DNA of 63,289 nucleotides, the filler included, from Parasitella parasitica NRRL 2501 (Eukaryota > Fungi > Mucoromycota): assembly GCA_025201805.1 (NCBI GenBank). It is 5 parts of 5 records of this genome, joined end to end, with 100 filler letters (N's around TTAATTAATTAA, not from the genome) between each part and the next. Parts side by side here need not be neighbours in the genome. Positions count along the whole stretch, not along the records: positions 50,938 to 57,890 come from MU619280.1; positions 57,991 to 60,863 come from MU619379.1; positions 60,964 to 63,289 come from MU619380.1; 2 more parts are not named here. One strand, 5' to 3'. Each line of letters begins with the position of its first letter. The stretch's first letter is position 1. A model generated the notes under the pieces. The model was not told where the DNA came from and did no database searches. It worked only from the letters and a program-made list of their open reading frames with translations. The translations under genes were made by a program, and so were the position numbers. Positions 51,760-63,289 of this stretch are shown here, one piece after another.

Positions 51760-54700
51760 TTTATTATTATTATTATTCTGATATAAAACTTCTAGTACTT
51801 TTGCTACTTTTTTCGAGAAAAAAGCACCCAGGAGCTAGGACGTGGACCTATACTAGAGACGAGCTCCCAAAAAGATAAGACATAAGGCGGCAAGCTGTTT
51901 AAACGTAATATATGCCAAGCTGTACTAGTCATGACTGCAGGCTGTTGCTTATGCCTGCCACATACATGATCATCCTATCATATAGTGACATTAGCCCCAT
52001 ATCATGGATTCACTAATGCAATCATCTACCAAAAGACCTTTTTACCAGTGCTACAAAGAAGGTCTCGAGGCCGGCAACATAATTATCTACCAAAAAACCC
52101 TCTAATCGCACCACAAAGAAGATCTCGAGGCCGGCAACACACAGTAAACCACTACTGAGTATGAGTCTAGAACCAGAAACGAAGGACAAGACAGAAGTAA
52201 CCACTCCACTTGGAGCTTTGCAACTTGAGATACGAAGAAAGCCTTAGAAACAGAAATGTTATTACTTGATGTAAAAAATATACGGTACTATGTGCTATAC
52301 TTAACTTATGCTTTCCAGGTTGAATTATAAAAGATACTGGGAAAAGGAAGAAAAAAGAAAAAGCAAAGCAAAACTTGGTTTCTAAAAAACTTTCTTGGCG
52401 CTGTGGGAAAAATAGAGACGCAATAGCAATATTCGCACACATTGTGTTGCATCATGGTGTGACATGAAGTATATCACAACTCTTCCATTCAGAAAAAAGC
52501 GCATGTGTTTGTTTCAGCTCAATGTTGAAAAATTCCAAAATGATGCTTCTTGTGATGTCAAAATATTGCAAATATCTTGCGCATCGAAATTTGACGAATG
52601 TATCAAGACACCCAAAATACTGTGCTTCCACTCCCACTTTCCCACTTTCTTGAATATGCCGCCCACTTTTTACAATAAATTTGAACATTTGTGTGAGGTC
52701 GAATTGCCCAGAAAAATGAGACTAATTTGGTCGAATATTTGAGACTAATTTGCCCAATTTTTTGAAAAGAATTTGCCCACTTTTCAGCAATAATTCGACC
52801 ATTTATCAAAACTATTGCAAAGGCTCTTTATTTAAATATATAGGGAATACGTTAACTGAGTGTTGAATGAAGTTTTGTATATGCTCTAAAAAAGGAATAT
52901 TTTCGCTGCCTTCAATTATTCTCAAAGTCAGAGATTCCGTTGCTGTTAAGAGAGTTCTTTTAACATGATCTTTTAGCACTTTCCAGAACATCTCCAAAGG
53001 GTTAAGTTCAGGTGAATAAGGTGGAAGATACACCGGTATATAGCCTCTTCCTAAGATAATGGGGTTGATGGCTTTTGGTATATGAATAGGAGCATTGTCC
53101 ATCACAGTATAATATCCTGTCATTTCGGGTTGTTTGTCCATAATATCCAAGGTGTCGCCGATGAATTGTGCATAGTTGCCAGCTGTAGTTCCTTTTGGAA
53201 TAGCAGAAGCAGCAGAATCTCCTGGTTCCTTTCGTTTTCTAGCACCAACAACTTTCCTCTTCTTGCCATTGCCCAGCTCTCTCAAACTTACGTTTATCAC
53301 ACCAGCTGCAGAAATTGCCCCAATCACTGTATGGGATACGCCTCTTGCAGACGGCGATTCCTCAATTGCGGGCTTACCTCGCGTTGACCAACCTCTTGTT
53401 CAACGCATGTTTATATCAAACCCTGTTTCATCTAGGAAACACAATTCGGCATGTAGAGCAGGCCCTTTTGTAACCATTCTTTGACCCACTTTGCACGAGC
53501 TTCAATAGTTGTTGGGCTATTTCTAGCTTTGGGGTGGCGGGTGTTAACCTTTATACTGAGATTACAATCTTCCTACATGAATTCAGCGACCCTACTTTTC
53601 TTGATCTCCAATCCTTCGAAACTTTTTGTAAGGTTTTCGACTGCGTTCTGAATGACTGCTGTGGGATTTTCATCGAAGAAGTCAACTAAGTAAGCTTTGT
53701 GCTGTTCATTTAAACGACTTGGAACGCGATTGGATGTTCGAGTTGTTTTTTTGAAAGGAATTCCATTCTCGGGGTCGTTCTCGTATGCTCTCTTCCATTT
53801 TCTCGCAGTTTCTGGATTGACGTTTGCAAGTCGCGCAGCTTCTCAGATGGCTTCAGTAGATGTTCATGCATAAAATAAAAGTGACGTCGTCGATCTTCGT
53901 CTGAATATGTGTTGTAATTTGATATTCTCTCTTTCTTTGGTGGTGCCTCTTGCATATCGATGTCTTTGGGCTCATCATCGACAACTACTTTTTTGTTTTT
54001 GATGTTCTTCTGCAGGTTTGTCAGATTTGTTAATCGAAAGGATCTCTCCACAACAAACGCTGTTGCTTCTTTGCCAGATTCGTCTACTATTCTACCTTTG
54101 CCATCCTCGTGAAAGAAACTCATTTCAGTGTTGAATTATTGTACTGATAAAACTTTAAGAGGTCAAATTACTTCTGAAAAGTGGGCAAATTCTTTTCAAA
54201 AAATTGGGCAAATTAGTCTCAAATATTCGACCAAATTAGTCTCATTTTTCTGGGCAATTCGACCTCACACAAATGTTCAAATTTATTGTAAAAAGTGGGC
54301 GGCATATTCAAGAAAGTGGGAAAGTGGGAGTGGAAGCACAGTATTTTGGGTGTCTTGATACATTCGTCAAATTTCGATGCGCAAGATATTTGCAATATTT
54401 TGACATCACAAGAAGCATCATTTTGGAATTTTTCAACATTGAGCTGAAACAAACACATGCGCTTTTTTCTGAATGGAAGAGTTGTGATATACTTCATGTC
54501 ACACCATGATGCAACACAATGTGTGCGAATATTGCTATTGCGTCTCTATTTTTCCCACAGCGCCAAGAAAGTTTTTTAGAAACCAAGTTTTGCTTTGCTT
54601 TTTCTTTTTTCTTCCTTTTCCCAGTATCTTTTATAATTCAACCTGGAAAGCATAAGTTAAGTATAGCACATAGTACCGTATATTTTTTACATCAAGTAAT

Positions 54701-55200
54701 AACATTTCTGTTTCTAAGGCTTTCTTCGTATCTCAAGTTGCAAAGCTCCAAGTGGAGTGGTTACTTCTGTCTTGTCCTTCGTTTCTGGTTCTAGACTCAT
54801 ACTCAGTAGTGGTTTACTGTGTGTTGCCGGCCTCGAGATCTTCTTTGTGGTGCGATTAGAGGGTTTTTTGGTAGATAATTATGTTGCCGGCCTCGAGACC
54901 TTCTTTGTAGCACTGGTAAAAAGGTCTTTTGGTAGATGATTGCATTAGTGAATCCATGATATGGGGCTAATGTCACTATATGATAGGATGATCATGTATG
55001 TGGCAGGCATAAGCAACAGCCTGCAGTCATGACTAGTACAGCTTGGCATATATTACGTTTAAACAGCTTGCCGCCTTATGTCTTATCTTTTTGGGAGCTC
55101 GTCTCTAGTATAGGTCCACGTCCTAGCTCCTGGGTGCTTTTTTCTCGAAAAAAGTAGCAAAAGTACTAGAAGTTTTATATCAGAATAATAATAAAAATAA
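51760..55200 (-). mobile_element. Tc1/mariner-type element with ~1-kb inverted repeats
   Basis: Arm 51767-52787 is the reverse complement of 54174-55194 (identical wherever checked). The arms enclose a transposase. Confidence 0.85.
52812..54123 (-). pseudogene. Tc1-like DD34E transposase (frameshifts and stops)
   Basis: CFLDETGFDINMR*TRGWS, IGAISAAGV, VMDNAPIH and YLPPYSPELNPLEMFW, with 34 residues between the second D and the E. Confidence 0.93.
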
Positions 55201-56779
55201 AAATAAAATCAACTGAAAGCTATCGGCCCATACTTAATGTTATTAACCATAATAATATAGTAAAGTAATCTTTTAAAAGCCTTTACGAAACGAATTTTTA
55301 TTGTTGAGATACATGAATTATCGCCATATGTAGTGTAGTTTTTTGGGCAAATAAAACAAATTTAATCCGTAAATCTACTTTTGTAAACAATACTTGCACT
55401 GGCATTATAAAGATAAGGTAATGTATTTTATATAGTAGTAGCTCAGAGCACATACTAATCTAGTAAAAAGCTTGTATCGATATATGCAGTAAGTAGATTA
55501 AGTCAATAGCGTCATCCGTCATAGTGGTGCCATGTCCAGCCTAAATCTGTATTGTTCATCTTATTAACAGTGTACATCTGTAGTTTATATCAATATACCT
55601 GGATGGATCCTGAAGGGGAGTAAAGATCATTATAGTAAATTTATTCCAATCAACACTAATAAAATGCGACGTTCTTATTAATTTAAATATCAAAAACCAT
55701 GAAGTTAGGCAGTCGTTATCTATACTGCAGATTTGATCAATATTATGTGTAAAAACCTTTATATCGTGGTTCAAATCAGTATATTTCTTTTTATTCGTGG
55801 ATGTAATCAAGAAAGAAATTCTTACACACTATAGCGTTGAATTGCAGGAAACAGACGGCTCAACTAATGACAAGCAAGAACAAAATTTTGAGATATTACA
55901 GCTATAGCTTCATCAAAGATGCACATATATCCATCTATTAAAACAACATTCAATATGGCCTCCTGGATGTTCTCCCGATAAACATAAATGTGCTCAGATG
56001 GGAACATTATTAGGGTCATGAGAGTATTTATGTGCTTGTGAGGACATAAATGATTTTGCTCCAGAATGTGCGTTTATAAAAAAAAGTTGAGATAGCTCAT
56101 TCTTTAATTATATAATATTATTTCTGAGACATTTCGATTTTTTTTGTGCTTGTAGCAACATTCGCTACCAAATATTCGTTGAGATATTGCATTCCAAAGA
56201 TCGCATCTGTTTTGAGTAAAAGTTTATTTATGCTCGCATGATCATACAAATGTTCATTTGAGAGCAAAAAGTGACGAAGAAGTACCTACTGTTAAACAAA
56301 GTGTTGCTGAAGATGATGAAAAAAAAAAAGGCCTGAAGTGAACTACTGGCAATCTTTCACACATCTTATTTGAATTAGTAAGACATTTCTTTTTTAAGAA
56401 CCGTGTCCTTGAGAACAACATTGAACATGACAAATATCACCATTAACATTCAACATATAAAGACAATTGTACACCTTTGTGCTCCTTATGAACCACAATC
56501 GTTACTGCTTTCCCATGAAGCCTAAATTGGAGACAATCCATTTACTGCATTAGTAACATGAAGAATACAGATTATATTTTATATAAATACATCCAAGATC
56601 TTTCAACTTGATGGATCTTGGCTTACATTTTTAACTTTGAATAAATATCGAAGAGTTATAATTGTATATCCTTTCCGCTTTTTTTTATTATATTTTTTAT
56701 CGCAAGGCCGCCGGTTATGATAATGCTAGCACCAGTAGCAATATACTTGAATAAAGTGTTGGATTAAAAAAGATAATAA

Positions 56780-56962
56780 AAACCAAATGTTAACGAGATA
56801 CGAAAACTTCAAGATACTTTATTTAAGATCAAAATTGCATCTGCTATTTATACTTTTTACAACTACATAAATTTATGGTGACTTATTTAGATTACTAATT
56901 GACAAGACTAATTCACAGTGACAATCTACTTGACAGGGTACAATATGAGGTTATACAACAAC
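56780..56962 (-). repeat. Dispersed repeat family Y (copy 2, uninterrupted at the hAT site)
   Basis: Near-identical reverse complement of 59296-59454. It continues past CTTGACAG into GGTACAATATGAGGTTATACAACAA, matching copy 1. Confidence 0.85.
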
Positions 56963-57890
56963 ACCATGGCTAACTTCAGTGCCATTTTTTTTCACATTTA
57001 TCATCAGTTCTAATGACTAGTGATCAGGTGTATTACTGGATGACTGGTGATAAACCTTTTTATCACTAGTGATGCTTTTATCACAAAGACTAAATTTATG
57101 ACCAGTGATAAATACGATAATCGTTTGCGATTAGCAATTAGCAGCATTGATAAATCAATCACTGGTAAAACATCAGTAATTTTGCCTATATATCAATCAC
57201 TACGGGATGATTCGTAATCAAAAAAAATAATATACTGCTGATACTGTTCATCTACTGAACCATTGATAGACATTTATTGCAAAATTAGCCATAACACTGC
57301 ATGTATAGGGCTAGAGTTTTTTGTTTTACAATTACAATTTTATTTAAAAATGAATATATATTTTCAACTAAAGATATTATTGAGATTCATAGAAACATAT
57401 ATGTTAGATGGAAGATGATATATATAAACAAGAACAATTTATGAAAAAGAAAATATTAAGACAGTATAGAAAGACATAAAACAGAGAGAAGCATCATCAT
57501 TTCTAATTTTGATACTGTATTCAGAAAGCAAAATTTAGCCTCGATTACACTATTATTAAAAAAAAAAAGACAGCGGCTTACCATCATTAAAAGTATACAA
57601 ACTAGCAAAATCTACAATGGAAATAGCACATTTTGAATAAAAACGGCGGAAAATGTCATGATATGATAAACAAAATACTAACCAGATTTGATGTCAGTGA
57701 AGAGAAGTGTAGATATTTAAAAAGGAAAAAAAAAAAGGAAAAACAAAGTGTGCAGTATTTATAGACTCGTGCTAATCTCAAAAGCAAATCTAAGATGCTC
57801 ATTTGTTTCCAGTGATAGCTTTGAGTAAGCTGTGATAAAGCGATCACTTTTTTAATTTTCAGTGATTGTCTTGAATGCCTGGTGATGAAT

Positions 57891-57990
57891 NNNNNNNNNN
57901 NNNNNNNNNNNNNNNNNNNNNNNNNNNNNNNNNNTTAATTAATTAANNNNNNNNNNNNNNNNNNNNNNNNNNNNNNNNNNNNNNNNNNNN
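57891..57990. other. Artificial contig linker
   Basis: N44-TTAATTAATTAA-N44. Confidence 0.97.
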
Positions 57991-59295
57991 TAATTTTGTT
58001 ATGAGTTAACTATAAGCAATGATTATAACAACCCAAGGCTCAACATTTACTTGTATTTTCGTTCAAATTATGTGATCTTTTCAAATGTCAAACAATGCCA
58101 GATGTTTCTTTTGATTCACCACTTGAAAAATATTTAAGGCATCCAATTTGGGGTTCTGCTCGATCCACTGTACAAAATATTGCACCCGGAACACGTAGAG
58201 CGTAACTGTATTTCGACCACCAGGGCTTTGGTTTGGAATTAGCGGCATCGACAGTTCCACTGATAGGTATATCATACAATTGGTTTTGCTTGATGTCCAT
58301 GATCTTTCTGCGTGCGTTCTTGTTATTAGTATTCCAGAGTTTTGCTTTTTTTGCTGGGGTATCATCTATGGATGCTGATGGCGATAGGTTGTTTATTGCC
58401 GAAAATTGTCTTCGCATTACGGAGACGGTGCTAGCTGTGGTGTTGTTGTTGTTGTCTTCTTCGACACTACTCATAATCGACATCATGGGACTATCAGCGA
58501 ATGGATCGTTATCGTTGTTATTCTCGTTATTTTCATTGACTAACTCCCAACTACTATTAGATCGTTGAGTGGTGTAATTGTAATTCATCATGATAGTAAT
58601 GGTATAACAGAAGTTATTATGGGGGAAAAAAGAAGTTAAGAGTCTCAAAGCTCAACTTTACTATCAACTGTCGCACAAAATCATCTGTTTACAATTACGT
58701 TTTTTGTTGTGTGATAGTGTTGTTTACATTACCGCATACTGATAATAGATGTTAGGAGAGTTTCTTCCGTGCTATTGTAATGTCTCACAAGACATAACAC
58801 ACTTCCTTTAGATACGATGAATAAATAACGAACTTTCATTGTTCTCTTTTGAAAAGTTGACATTTGACATTTGACACTACTTGACATCATTTGACACAAC
58901 ATCTCGAAGTTATCTCGCTTTGTCTTGGTCTTCTCTTGAAGAATCTCGACTTTCATCTCGATAGACAAAAAAAGACTCGCATAAATCTCGAAATGGCTTG
59001 CATGAATCTCGAGATAGCTCGCAGAAATCTCGATAGAATCCGCCTTAATCTCGAGCATGACTTTTAGTGAACTCTCTTTAAACAATGATGAATGAGTAAA
59101 GTGAATCAATAATTATGAACTTGAGCAGATGATGATCTAATATTTTATTTTTGTGCACAAAATTAAGTTGAAATATCAAGATATCTCGATCTCGACTCGG
59201 TCTCGATATCTTGTGTCACTCGAGATTTAACCTCTGGCTCGACTCGATTGTGTCTTGGCTTGACTCGACTCGGGCTTGACTCGCTGCCAGACCTA
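57991..59295 (-). mobile_element. 5' part of a hAT DNA transposon (TIR, subterminal repeats, BED-finger N-terminus of the transposase)
   Basis: Minus strand begins TAGGTCTGGCAGCGAG at 59295, followed by dense CTCGA/GACTCG repeats (58900-59285). ORF reads WWSKY...IFC...GCLKYF...TSGIV*HLKRSH, a BED zinc finger with an in-frame TGA. Confidence 0.75.
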
Positions 59296-59454
59296 CTGTC
59301 AAGTAGATTGTCACTGTGAATTAGTCTTGTCAATTAGTAATCTAAATAAGTCACCATAAATTTATGTAGTTGTAAAAAGTATAAATAGCAGATGCAATTT
59401 CGATCTTAAATAAAGTATCTTAAAGTTTTCGTATCTCGTTAACATTTGGTTTTT
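59296..59454 (+). repeat. Dispersed repeat family Y (copy 3, interrupted by hAT)
   Basis: Starts at CTGTCAAG immediately after the hAT terminus. Confidence 0.85.
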
Positions 59455-59464
59455 NNNNNNNNNN

Positions 59465-60217
59465 ATTTTCATTGACTAACTCCCAACTACTATTAGATCG
59501 TTGAGTGGTGTAATTGTAATTCATCATGATAGTAATGGTATAACAGAAGTTATTATGGGGGAAAAAAGAAGTTAAGAGTCTCAAAGCTCAACTTTACTAT
59601 CAACTGTCGCACAAAATCATCTGTTTACAATTACGTTTTTTGTTGTGTGATAGTGTTGTTTACATTACCGCATACTGATAATAGATGTTAGGAGAGTTTC
59701 TTCCGTGCTATTGTAATGTCTCACAAGACATAACACGCTTCCTTTAGATACGATGAATAAATAACGAACTTTCATTGTTCTCTTTTGAAAAGTTGACATT
59801 TGACATTTGACACTGGACATCATTTGACACAACATCTCGAAGTTATCTCGCTTTGTCTTGGTCTTGTCTTGAAGAATCTCGACTTTCATCTCGATAGACA
59901 AAAAAAGACTCGCATAAATCTCGAAATGGCTTGCATGAATCTCGAGATAGCTCACAGAAATCTCGATAGAATCCGCCTTAATCTCGAGCATGACTTTTAG
60001 TGAACTCTCTTTAAACAATGATGAATGAGTAAAGTGAATCAATAATTATGAACTTGAGCAGATGATGATCTAATATTTTATTTTTGTGCACAAAATTAAG
60101 TTGAAATATCAAGATATCTCGATCTCGACTCGGTCTCGACTCGGTCTCGTCTCGACTCGATCTCGATATCTTGTGTCACTCGAGATTTAACCTCTGGCTC
60201 GGCTCGATTGTGTCTTG
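59465..60217 (-). repeat. Second near-identical copy of the hAT 5' region (duplicate of ~58527-59257)
   Basis: Same sequence with a few SNPs and indels, bounded by 10-N gaps. Confidence 0.9.
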
Positions 60218-60355
60218 NNNNNNNNNNACGGATCCCCTTATTTTCTGTCGTCGGATAAATGTTTCAAGAGGGTGTGGCTTCGAGTGGCTTTTAAGTGTCA
60301 TTTATAAATATTTGACGATCTTCAACCAGAATAATATAAGATAATAACTCTAATC

Positions 60356-60863
60356 ATGTCTGAAACTCCACCTATCGTATATAGTGTAGCTAATATCAAA
60401 AATGCGTTGAGCATAATGCCATCGAATCAATCAAGGAAACTACCATTGGATGTAGTGATTTATGTTAAGGCCTCAGTATGGGAAGCATGTCTATTAAAGA
60501 TAAACGAATACTGCGGTACCAAATGGACAAAACTAAGAAAATGGAAAAGTTGTGACAAAGTCGTATTTGGAGAAACAGGACAATGCCATCGAAGTGGAGC
60601 ATACGAATCCAAGCGATCTGTACGTATTGGTCAAAAAAATAGTAAGCGCTGTGGGTGTGCAGCCCAATTGAGTATTGCTAGCTATCATGCAAATGTGCCA
60701 AGTCATTTAGGATCAGATGTTGTAGAGTTCAAACTTTTGAAAAATCACACAAATCACACTCCTGGTAATTTAAATGAACTGGGCACGTTGCCAATTAACA
60801 GCACGGCTATTGACACTATCAAGTACCATTTGGCTTTAGGAAACAAATGCAGAAGTATAAGAA
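60356..60863 (+). mobile_element. N-terminus of a MULE/Mutator-type transposase (WRKY/GCM1/FAR1-like zinc-binding domain), truncated by the contig end
   Basis: CHRSG...NSKRCGCAAQLSI...HTNHTPG pattern. Confidence 0.7.
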
Positions 60864-60963
60864 NNNNNNNNNNNNNNNNNNNNNNNNNNNNNNNNNNNNN
60901 NNNNNNNTTAATTAATTAANNNNNNNNNNNNNNNNNNNNNNNNNNNNNNNNNNNNNNNNNNNN
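60864..60963. other. Artificial contig linker
   Basis: N44-TTAATTAATTAA-N44. Confidence 0.97.
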
Positions 60964-61703
60964 TTTAGACAATAGCTCCTATCAAGACATGCTTCGACTG
61001 CTACCCATCACTCTCTCTCTCTGCTCGTATTTACAGGTATCCCTATATTTTTTACATCTTATTTTTATGTGTTAATAATAATAATTATTTTTCATGTTTC
61101 ACAGTGGGTTCCAAGTGGGTTCCAGCAGGTTCCTCAGCTTATTGGAACCCAATTGTTAAATAACTACGTTTTACGATAGAAAAAAAAATATTCAAAATTT
61201 TCAAGCGTTCTATTCGTGTAAGAGCTATAACTTAAAGATGCTCTAATAGATTATGATTTCAAGGAATGTAGTATGTTCATAGATAATATAAAGCTTTGTA
61301 GTATAAAATTGAAATTGGATAATGATCATGCTTCAAGAAACTCAATTACCAGCTTCTTTATAAAAATCAATTAACGTGCCCTTTTAAGAATCTCAATCAC
61401 CATACTCAAGAATCTCATTTATCATACTTAAGAATCTGAATTACCTTGCTTTGAAACAAATCAAATCTACAATATAATTGCCAGAATCTATAAAGTAGAT
61501 ATCAAAGGTAATTTGACTGTAAGAAGCACCACTTGGAAAGAGAAGTATCCTTTGAACGGTGTTACTTTGTAATTTAGTTTATCAATGGTGCTTTTCTCTA
61601 GCCAACCAAACCTGGCATGGGGAAAAGGAATTTGTATTAATTGTGCTGTGCTTTCGGTGCACGGTTGCTTGTATTAAAAGATATTTGTAAATGCAGACAA
61701 AGT

Positions 61704-62419
61704 NNNNNNNNNNNNNNNNNNNNNNNNNNNNNNNNNNNNNNNNNNNNNNNNNNNNNNNNNNNNNNNNNNNNNNNNNNNNNNNNNNNNNNNNNNNNNNNNN
61801 NNNNNNNNNNNNNNNNNNNNNNNNNNNNNNNNNNNNNNNNNNNNNNNNNNNNNNNNNNNNNNNNNNNNNNNNNNNNNNNNNNNNNNNNNNNNNNNNNNNN
61901 NNNNNNNNNNNNNNNNNNNNNNNNNNNNNNNNNNNNNNNNNNNNNNNNNNNNNNNNNNNNNNNNNNNNNNNNNNNNNNNNNNNNNNNNNNNNNNNNNNNN
62001 NNNNNNNNNNNNNNNNNNNNNNNNNNNNNNNNNNNNNNNNNNNNNNNNNNNNNNNNNNNNNNNNNNNNNNNNNNNNNNNNNNNNNNNNNNNNNNNNNNNN
62101 NNNNNNNNNNNNNNNNNNNNNNNNNNNNNNNNNNNNNNNNNNNNNNNNNNNNNNNNNNNNNNNNNNNNNNNNNNNNNNNNNNNNNNNNNNNNNNNNNNNN
62201 NNNNNNNNNNNNNNNNNNNNNNNNNNNNNNNNNNNNNNNNNNNNNNNNNNNNNNNNNNNNNNNNNNNNNNNNNNNNNNNNNNNNNNNNNNNNNNNNNNNN
62301 NNNNNNNNNNNNNNNNNNNNNNNNNNNNNNNNNNNNNNNNNNNNNNNNNNNNNNNNNNNNNNNNNNNNNNNNNNNNNNNNNNNNNNNNNNNNNNNNNNNN
62401 NNNNNNNNNNNNNNNNNNN
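61704..62419. other. Scaffold gap
   Basis: Run of N. Confidence 0.99.
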
Positions 62420-63289
62420 CGAACGAAGGGACAGAGAAGATGAGAGACATGCGAGAGCAGAGCTCCATCATAGGCCCAAAAGCAAGCCGATACTGGATGA
62501 ATGAGTGCCTTTGGCGTGTCCAATGACGAGCTTCGCCAGCATATTATTATCCGTGATAAAGCGGCCACAAACAACGCCCGTTTGAAACACATTGATGAGG
62601 AATGAGGCTCTTTTCGATTATTCGAGCGCTGAAAATGCGGATGAATAACTCTGCAACTGTGTTGCTCAATATAAAGATCAAAGGCGACAGAAGAGGCCAA
62701 ATTATTCGATAGCAGAATTTGATCGATGCGGGATTGAGAATCTTCATATTGGAAGGTAGTAAGTGGTGGTTTTCCTGGTGGTGTAAACCCATTGAGAAAG
62801 TAATTATCAATATATCTTGGTCAAGACAGAGGAGCCCGACAATTTCGAGACAATAATGCATTTGAGTAATTGAGGTTGAAATTACTCAAAATGATTGAGC
62901 GTAAACAAGACCAAGAAAATACAAAGCTATAGCTTGTGAGCTTGGCAGAAAAATGGCATATCATTCAGACTGGGAGGCAGCAAAGCACACGATCTTTATG
63001 GTACAAAACAATTCAGATGCGACAAAAGTATGTGTTATCAAAAGGATAAAGAACTATGCGTTTCTTCAAGTGCGAGCAAACCGAGAGAACGAGTTTTCAA
63101 ATAACAAATAAACTGAGTACGAGTGGAAGATGCAGCGGTCCTGAACAGTTGAGAGATCTAATATTCATTTTAATAAAAGAGGTGGGCTACGAGGCCAGGC
63201 TCACCATTTAATTCGATACTGCTGCTATATCGAAACTACCTAATGAGAATATAAAGCTTCTGTCGTAGATAGCTCACTGTGCTATCAGA

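Noticed and set aside
52022-54939. Duplicated small ORFs (60-92 aa) in the IR arms
   Set aside because: They are mirror images produced by the inverted repeat, with no recognisable domains.
58729-60042. 125/126-aa ORFs MIHFTHSS...
   Set aside because: They are translations of CTCGA-rich subterminal repeats in the duplicated hAT end.
28995-60963. Recurrent TTAATTAATTAA palindrome as a biological motif
   Set aside because: It is always centred in an identical 100-bp N spacer, so it is an assembly linker. Adjacency across it carries no biological meaning.
61582-62700. Long ORFs spanning the N gap
   Set aside because: Artefacts of translating N.

Overview
Eukaryotic, intron-rich fungal DNA with short GT-AG introns and gene families typical of Mucorales (Mucor/Parasitella-like; the taxon is inferred). 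The window is not one contiguous locus: four artificial N44-TTAATTAATTAA-N44 linkers (28995-29094, 50838-50937, 57891-57990, 60864-60963) join five separate contigs. Two compact gene blocks are present. The first (7-21 kb) holds GSK3, RBM25/Snu71, an F-box/TPR/EF-hand protein, a HAL-family kinase, dynactin p25, a secreted subtilase and a bromodomain-ankyrin protein. The second (35-48 kb) holds an F-box protein, UGGT, an MFS transporter, RRP7, a DnaJ protein and mitochondrial uL14. A secreted large-subunit catalase and a small secreted protein lie between them, in transposon debris. The main finding, invisible in the ORF track, is two decayed Fanzor1 genes (eukaryotic TnpB-derived RNA-guided nucleases): about 22890-23870 (+) and about 32080-33400 (-). 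Their motifs read in the correct order across frameshifts, and each has a structured 3' region that is a candidate omegaRNA. Also notable are a dead DD34E Tc1 transposase enclosed by apparently identical ~1 kb inverted repeats, a hAT element inserted into another repeat whose empty-site version is also in the window, and Helitron and MULE remnants.
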